From an uncultured archaeon (GTDB lineage: Archaea > Altiarchaeota > Altiarchaeia > JAFGQM01), in contig CAZUDQ010000014.1 of assembly GCA_964619365.1 (NCBI GenBank), positions 1-11,762 on the forward strand: DNA of 11,762 nucleotides, read 5' to 3'. Within the stretch, counting starts at the first letter, position 1; the number at the start of each line of letters is the position of its first letter. This document shows positions 7,601 through 11,762 of this stretch, piece by piece. The position numbers and the translations under genes are program-made. A model generated the notes under the pieces. That model ran no database searches. It was not told the DNA's origin and saw nothing but the letters and a program-made list of their open reading frames with translations.

Positions 7601-8120
7601 GAAGACTTATCGTTCCACCTTCTCCATCAGAAACCGTCGCGTCGCAAGCAACAGTCTCACCTTCAACATAAGAATCAAAAGAAGAGCTCTCAGATACGTC
7701 TTTTGGGCCGTCTGTTGTAACATGAATCCCAGAGGGTGACCAGATATATGTGACAGACAAATCGTCCCCTTCTGAATCTGCGTAGTTTAGTACTCTACAT
7801 ATTAACTCATCCGCCGTATTTTTTATAAGGCTTATCCTTGCAGAAGGTCTTGAATTACAATATTTTTCTAAACTGACTACGTGTTCGCAATCAGAAGCAG
7901 GTGAAGCAACGCGCACGGAATTCCAGTTTACATCTGTTGCTTCCTGGACGTGGTGTATACAATTTCCCCAAGTGTTGACTCTAGTTATATAATTACAGGA
8001 ATAGTTGCCATCATCTTCAAGAACTACATGAGCTGGCCCCGGTGCTGCCGCAAGTGCTGTTGCCGGAATAAGCAAAAGTACTAGTCCTATTAAGATTCCC
8101 AGTTGTGTTTTAGAGTCCAT
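4635..8120 (-). CDS. Large secreted cysteine-rich multidomain protein (signal peptide, three Ig-like repeats, tandem 6-Cys modules); putative adhesin or surface protein
   Basis: 1161-aa ORF with a Sec-type signal (K..LGILIGLVLLLIPATALA). Three repeats follow N.xP...D.(D/E).(G/A)D....Y.W...G...(W/V).(C/L).(V/A)...D. About 93 Cys by hand count, including GACD(P/A)SLC x3, CxxDxDC-type motifs and CGDG......EVCD. No C-terminal TM segment. Confidence 0.85.
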   Translation of the reverse strand: MDSKTQLGILIGLVLLLIPATALAAAPGPAHVVLEDDGNYSCNYITRVNTWGNCIHHVQEATDVNWNSVRVASPASDCEHVVSLEKYCNSRPSARISLIKNTADELICRVLNYADSEGDDLSVTYIWSPSGIHVTTDGPKDVSESSSFDSYVEGETVACDATVSDGEGGTISLHTTINTLIINNPPATPLISVEGGFTTSPLSAVISGYDLCGPDCPNPSILIDSDGDIVSFDYEWYKNDVKTAYTTASVPDSALVEGDIWKLKVRAFDGMDFSPWATSTAVEIREVPESFIADTYLTSHTRQVQRSVSCYWERIGIFYHGPNCILIYDDDLTYYTSSYASSNGGSWSRCSAAYTPTGQMVGTCKRGVNCRHDSYAVRNTCTGTYYCSNTYGGSYSTTMTVTESYQLCNYIDAVTSWTSCQDHTQYASTVSWATVESETCGHAVPLERTCNNVPSMPAALTIPEDSCINADLECRVTGTSIDFDSADEIEYQYEWYYGGTKDDSKTSQSSSTTAVIIPAYGQNGEWACQVTPLDDWETAAAQGWCVEDACPPQSSYPVASADSDVDECIDCTTDAGACDPSLCPEGYYECVGATSGSCYCYSRINCTDEESGACDPSLCNSILPYCNDLGSYCGCSAQKACPAGHQACSSDADCPAGTPDCRDDGCCYEFTECENTSAPGACDTKDDCQTKLGTLNTQWKCQEDISASSGSINPDDCENCACKQILPSCNIEDGILLNGESCDSDDDCPDGGFCSPETCQCVCESPTECQAASSSCSIYDDCESAFGSGWKCSEVIDGGVTTCDCVKTTIESSCGDGSKDADEVCDPMADPTGCPLGESCTSSCECRVECSNAGACDASLCASGEACVPEGADCYCSSCTQISFEDCNSDADCSSGSCEGGICSTDGTALSGSACDSPVAQGNGYYCQPHDNANSEINGQNFRGYCFPDGYASCAKTLDPGACNEDYTGEVTCDFLTESISAEPVVFKEKSTLTSNKAGINIPWDFDVQFGQGCTVYSDTLGVSSIEHGSTEEVGTVTVEVPKGYVCEYNVLMTAPSGASKTQKCYVFSPESLLLPSESVPELPAITHPLGMYSTSPADAAEAYTKAFIAVDNCPGAEDSLTGAAAFLRSCNEGGANADLSCRLAQYYSQRAEEDMNFGRC
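5493..6410 (-). repeat. Eight tandem degenerate ~6-Cys protein modules ending in CxC or CC
   Basis: Examples: CTTDAGACDPSLCPEGYYECVGATSGSCYC; CTDEESGACDPSLCNSILPYCNDLGSYCGC; CSNAGACDASLCASGEACVPEGADCYC. The repeat is visible in protein; the DNA is diverged. Confidence 0.75.
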
Positions 8121-8122
8121 TT

Positions 8123-9610
8123 TTATTCTGATATCTTTGCCGCATACTCGGCTTCTTTGTCTCCCTCACCCATTGCTGAATATATGTTTGCAAGATTTGC
8201 ATAGATGTCTGTTTCAAGTGATAATGCAGTTGACGCAATTAGTGTCTCATCGCTTGGCAAAAGTTCTGCTGCCTTAAGGCCAGCCGTTTCTGCCTGGTCA
8301 AGCATACCCTGCTTGTATAATGCATAGGAAAGCTCATAGTATGCTGCTGAACTGCCTGCATCTATTGCAATTGCTTTTTGCGCGCTGTCCTGGGCTTTCT
8401 TATAATCGCCTTCAATGCTACACGTGTGTGCCATACTTGAGTAAAGCGGGGCGTATTCCGGCAAGAACGAAATACCCATCTCGTATGCGCCTATTGCAGC
8501 ATCGTATTCTCCAGCCCTTGTCTGCAGATATCCAATTGAGATGTATGCATCTGCTTTTTCTGTTGCCAGGAGGCTTGAATCTGAGTTTACAACTATCTCA
8601 CAATCTTCTATTGCCTCAGTTAAGTAATTATCATTAGTGCTAAGAATACTGCAAAGCTGGCGGTATATTTCAGTGTACTTATGATCTGGGTCTAATTCCT
8701 TTGCTTCAAGGAAATCCTGAGTCGCATTCTCAAGGATGCCTGCATATGCATAAACGTGTCCACGCCCAACAAGCGCTGGAATATTTTTAGCATCCATTTC
8801 AAGAGCTTTTGAATACTGATCTGAAGCGTTAAACGGCATTAAGACCGCCTCGTAAGCATGACCTAGAGATACAAACGAGTTTGAATCAAGAGGTTTTAGT
8901 GTAACGAGTTTTTTGCCCAGTTCTATCGCCTTTGTTGCATTTCCACTTTCTGGGCCACTTTCCCAGGCAAGATTTGAATAAGCATCGACTGCAACAGATA
9001 AGAGCCATGCGTCGTCAGGATGCTCAATTAATAGTGGTTCAAGAAGGGGCATAAGTTCAGCATAATTTTGGTTTGACAAGTATGATAAGACAAGTGTCTG
9101 GTACTCACCGGTAGCTTCCACATACGCCTTGCCGGAACCTGATACTGATGTGCACGCATCCCTTGTTTCCTTAGAGACAATGTACTGGCAAAGGCTTGGG
9201 TCAAAAGTGTCTATTGCGTTTGTGTAATAAAGGTTATCAAGAAGGGCAATTCTGCAGGCGTCTCTTTTTTCAGTTATGTTGATACACGAACAGTAGTCTT
9301 GTTTCTCTGTTAATGAAAGGTAATTTGCATCGGCAACTGAAAGGCCTTCGCATTTTTTGGTGTCAAGGGCTCCTATGACTTTTTCTATCTCGCTTTTTTG
9401 TGCACGGCAGTCGGCAGGGCATGATTCACCTGTTTCGCCGGGAGAACAAACCCCATCGCCGCAAACATCTTTTGTAATAGGTGTTGTGACATTCTTTTCT
9501 ACAACGGGCGCGGAGCCTGTCAAGAAGACTGCAATGGCGATTACTAAAATTATACCTGCGATAATTGCAATAAGGATCTGTGGATCTTTTAGTTCCATTT
9601 TTAAGTTCAT
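8123..9610 (-). CDS. Membrane-anchored tetratricopeptide-repeat protein with N-terminal Cys-rich motifs
   Basis: N-terminal TM helix (ILIAIIAGIILVIAIAVFL), CGDGVCSPGETGESCPADC, C..I.....RDAC x2. Multiple TPRs follow (SFVSLGHAYEA...YSKALEMDAK; ALVGRGHVY...AKELDP; AYISIGY...GEYDAAIGAYE; AYYELSYALYKQG). Several N-x-S/T sequons. Confidence 0.9.
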   Translation of the reverse strand: MNLKMELKDPQILIAIIAGIILVIAIAVFLTGSAPVVEKNVTTPITKDVCGDGVCSPGETGESCPADCRAQKSEIEKVIGALDTKKCEGLSVADANYLSLTEKQDYCSCINITEKRDACRIALLDNLYYTNAIDTFDPSLCQYIVSKETRDACTSVSGSGKAYVEATGEYQTLVLSYLSNQNYAELMPLLEPLLIEHPDDAWLLSVAVDAYSNLAWESGPESGNATKAIELGKKLVTLKPLDSNSFVSLGHAYEAVLMPFNASDQYSKALEMDAKNIPALVGRGHVYAYAGILENATQDFLEAKELDPDHKYTEIYRQLCSILSTNDNYLTEAIEDCEIVVNSDSSLLATEKADAYISIGYLQTRAGEYDAAIGAYEMGISFLPEYAPLYSSMAHTCSIEGDYKKAQDSAQKAIAIDAGSSAAYYELSYALYKQGMLDQAETAGLKAAELLPSDETLIASTALSLETDIYANLANIYSAMGEGDKEAEYAAKISE

Positions 9611-9680
9611 TATTCTTATCAGGAATAGTATAAAAGTAAGTATATTTTTATATAATTAGATTTAATCTAATGGACTTGAA
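9611..9680. promoter_or_regulatory. Divergent AT-rich promoter region with a perfect 17-bp operator-like inverted repeat
   Basis: TATA-like TTTTATA on the minus strand (9635-9629) about 25 nt before the TPR ATG. TTTTTATATA on the plus strand (9645-9654) before the phasin-like ATG. ATTAGATT-T-AATCTAAT at 9655-9671. Confidence 0.6.
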
Positions 9681-10010
9681 ATGACAAAAAGCATAATTGA
9701 GGAGGTAATTCTCCTTGCGGCAGGCTTTGGCGTTATTGCCGAAGAGAAGCTAAACGAATATCTGACCCAGGCTGAAAAGATGGGGATAATTGACAAGAAA
9801 GAAGCAAAGGCGCTGGCTGAAAAGGTCATGGAAAGGCAGAAAAAAGACCACAATGCCCTTGCAAAAGATATTGACAAGAGCATCTCTGAAAGCTTAAAGT
9901 CGCTTGGCCTTGTCCAGAAAAAAGACTATGACAAACTTGTTGAAAAGTTAGAAAAGATCAAGGAAGGGAAGAAATCTGCTCCCAAGAAAAAGCCTAAGAA
10001 GAAAGCTTAG
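9681..10010 (+). CDS. Phasin-family (COG3937 / PhaF-like) coiled-coil protein with Lys-rich tail
   Basis: Matches the recalled family pattern: LL.A.G.G.I.EEK......L....K.G.I.KKEAK.L.E, then SLKSLGLVQKKDYDKL.EKLE.I (cf. LGLATKEDxxxLxxRI). Ends KKSAPKKKPKKKA. Confidence 0.7.
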   Translation: MTKSIIEEVILLAAGFGVIAEEKLNEYLTQAEKMGIIDKKEAKALAEKVMERQKKDHNALAKDIDKSISESLKSLGLVQKKDYDKLVEKLEKIKEGKKSAPKKKPKKKA

Positions 10011-10756
10011 AAAAAGATAAGCTTAATGCTTGCGGCAATTGCCACGACAAAAAATATCCTCCTAATCCATTTGTTGCCAAGGCGTTCGGCGTATTTTAAC
10101 GAAAGAATAGTGCCAAGTGTCATCCCAAGAAGTACGGCAAGAGTTACCTCCCAGTTCACTTGCCCTGCCCAGATAAATATGGTGCCCGATATTATCGCGC
10201 AGAATAAAACCGCAATCTTTCTGGTACCTGCTGTCTCAAGAAAAGTGAGACCAAAAAAGAATATCATCATATAGGCTAGAAAAGTCCCAAATGAGGCTCC
10301 GTAAAAGCCCGCATAGATTCCAAGGAAAAATGCGATTGTGGCTCCTAGTAGATACCTCTTAGTTGAGGGGCTCATATCTATCTTTTTCATACCAGCTTGC
10401 GGATTAAGCGCCATTAGCGCCAGGACAAAAAGCGTGACTCCTGCAATTATATAATTAATGAGAAACGGTTCTATTGCCAGAAGTACATACGCTCCGATTA
10501 TTGCACCAAAGGCGGCGGGTATTGCAATTATAAATCCTAATTTTTTATCAACATACCCCTTCTTTGCAAAGCCTGCCCAGCCGACAACACCTAAGCCTAT
10601 GACGCCGACCCTGTTTGATGCTATTGCGATCTGCGGCGGGATACCTAATGCGAGAATTACAGGGATTGTAACAAGACTTCCACCCCCGCTAAGGCTGCCA
10701 TAAAACCCACCAAGAAGAGCTGCGGCAAATATTAAAATAAATGATAGGAGTTCCAT
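10007..10756 (-). CDS. TSUP family (TauE/SafE, DUF81) transporter, putative sulfite or anion exporter
   Basis: About 8 hydrophobic segments; GFYGSLSGGGSLVTIP...LGIPPQIAIASN and the internal repeat GIYAGFYGASFGTF. An alternative GTG start lies at 10759. The stop overlaps the convergent phasin stop (10007-10010). Confidence 0.92.
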   Translation of the reverse strand: MELLSFILIFAAALLGGFYGSLSGGGSLVTIPVILALGIPPQIAIASNRVGVIGLGVVGWAGFAKKGYVDKKLGFIIAIPAAFGAIIGAYVLLAIEPFLINYIIAGVTLFVLALMALNPQAGMKKIDMSPSTKRYLLGATIAFFLGIYAGFYGASFGTFLAYMMIFFFGLTFLETAGTRKIAVLFCAIISGTIFIWAGQVNWEVTLAVLLGMTLGTILSLKYAERLGNKWIRRIFFVVAIAASIKLIFF

Positions 10757-10799
10757 CACGCCTTAGTTTGAAGGCTAAGTGTAAGAAAAGAAATGGGTG

Positions 10800-10824
10800 C
10801 CTTAAAGATTTATTAATCTAAAGG
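10800..10824 (-). promoter_or_regulatory. Putative TSUP promoter overlapped by an imperfect inverted repeat
   Basis: Minus strand CCTTTAGATT-AATA-AATCTTTAAGG contains AAATC-TTTAAG (BRE/TATA-like) and the AGATT...AATCT half-sites. Confidence 0.45.
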
Positions 10825-10849
10825 TAGATATCCAAAAGCACAAGTGCGC

Positions 10850-11674
10850 TCACAATTTGACGGCAGTCGACTTCTTTTTGAAATAATCAAACAGCCTCAA
10901 CTGGAACTGGACACACTTTGGATCCCAGCTCTCTATACACATGTCCATGTAAGTTGAAGGTCCTTTTTTGGATTTGAAGCCTATCGTGCAGAAATCGTCG
11001 CCTATTGTGAATGCTATGGAAAGGTCCTCAATTAAGAAAAACTGCAGATTTTTCATAGAACGCAGTTTTGATATCTGGTCTTTTGGTATCTTACTAAGCA
11101 TACTATCGAGTATCTCTTTAGTAAATATCAATTGGACCTTTGCATTATTGTTGATTGCCTGCATGATTGCTTCCATATAATCGTCGCGGAAGACGGGAGT
11201 AACACCCCACAATCTTTTTTTAGCTCCTTTGTACAGTTCAATCCATCGCCTATCTGGATAATCAATTACGTCCGCCTTGGGTTTTAAGAGGACTGCAGTA
11301 GCATAGAGGCCTATTTCTTGCCTGAACTCTTCAGGCAAACCGGAGAGAATATGACTGTCCCAGTATTCTCTAAATTTATTTAAGCTTGAGTAAAACTGCA
11401 ATTCTTCCTTAATTCTCTCTAGTACCAGTTCTCCCCACTCAGTTAATGTGTAATCTCCGTCAGGTTTTTCCACTAGCCCAAGGTCCATAAGACCCTTGCA
11501 ATTAGCAGAAGTGTTTGGCGCGTTTAAGTTTAATTTGTACCTCAAATCAGAGAGTCTATGAGGCTTATTTTCGTATAGTGCATCAAGTATTGCTAACTTG
11601 GTACTTGAGCCATACAGACTTTTGATGGTTCCTTCATTATCTTTGTAAAGTTGGAGAAAGGGGGAAACTTTCAT
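10850..11674 (-). CDS. Winged-HTH transcriptional regulator with DUF1724 / FilR1-type middle domain (COG4742-like)
   Basis: N-terminal ArsR-like wHTH (SSTKLAILDAL...LSDLR..L......S.....L.DLGLVEK....YTLTEWG). It is followed by YW.SH.LSGLPEEF...IG and GVTPVF...Y....V.LI.T, typical of this archaeal family. ATG 11674 is preferred over TTG 11689 because CCAACC-TTTTAT lies about 28 nt upstream (leaderless spacing). Confidence 0.85.
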   Translation of the reverse strand: MKVSPFLQLYKDNEGTIKSLYGSSTKLAILDALYENKPHRLSDLRYKLNLNAPNTSANCKGLMDLGLVEKPDGDYTLTEWGELVLERIKEELQFYSSLNKFREYWDSHILSGLPEEFRQEIGLYATAVLLKPKADVIDYPDRRWIELYKGAKKRLWGVTPVFRDDYMEAIMQAINNNAKVQLIFTKEILDSMLSKIPKDQISKLRSMKNLQFFLIEDLSIAFTIGDDFCTIGFKSKKGPSTYMDMCIESWDPKCVQFQLRLFDYFKKKSTAVKL

Positions 11675-11709
11675 ATTAGCTTTAGGCAATTATCCAATAA
11701 AAGGTTGGA

Positions 11710-11762
11710 CGCCGAGGCTGGGTGGCAAGGTGGATGCGTCGTTTATGCACATGACCTTGCCT
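11710..11762 (-). other. GC-rich structured segment truncated by the window; possible 3' end of an RNA gene or a tRNA fragment
   Basis: About 61% GC over 11707-11762 (hand count). An 8-bp inverted repeat GGCAAGGT/ACCTTGCC (11724-11731 with 11754-11761) is followed on the minus strand by CCCAG-CCTCGGC-G. Confidence 0.3.

Noticed and set aside
4635-8120. Diversity-generating retroelement target or CRISPR-like DNA repeats
   Set aside because: No near-identical DNA repeat pair, reverse transcriptase or regularly spaced direct repeats were seen. The repeats are degenerate and visible only in protein.
4934-9659. Short ORFs within or antisense to the Cys-rich and TPR genes
   Set aside because: They overlap long coherent ORFs that have clear domain structure, and show no independent coding signal.
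9662-11180. ORFs 9662-9883 (-), 10026-10274 (+), 10458-10703 (+) and 10968-11180 (+)
   Set aside because: They are antisense shadows of the phasin-like, TSUP and regulator genes.
11660-11722. Permuted tRNA (3' half followed by 5' half)
   Set aside because: No GCCGAGG-starting 5' half follows the tRNA-like 3' end on the minus strand; the downstream sequence is the AT-rich regulator promoter and CDS.
4635-11762. Integrated mobile element or provirus
   Set aside because: No integrase, transposase, replication or capsid gene and no matching direct repeat pair were seen within the window.

Overview
Archaeal chromosomal window; the protein signatures suggest a DPANN-type lineage (inference). Bases 1-4453 (minus strand) hold the archaeal S10-like ribosomal protein operon uL3-uL4-uL23-uL2-uS19-uL22-uS3, with uS3 running off the left edge and missing from the ORF track. 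The operon has its own BRE/TATA promoter and a ~120-nt leader that folds by eye into a hairpin plus a tight four-way junction, a candidate ribosomal-protein leader RNA. Directly upstream is a two-gene putative cell-surface module: a membrane-anchored, Cys-motif TPR protein (495 aa) and a 1161-aa secreted protein with three Ig-like repeats and eight tandem ~6-Cys modules, but no anchor of its own. The right end carries a phasin-like protein, a TSUP/TauE-SafE transporter and a wHTH-DUF1724 (FilR1-like) regulator. Two promoters there share AGATT/AATCT inverted repeats. A GC-rich structured segment with a tRNA-Ser-like 3' end is cut by the window edge. No CRISPR array, transposase or integrase is visible. 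All calls come from reading the sequence by eye; no searches were run.
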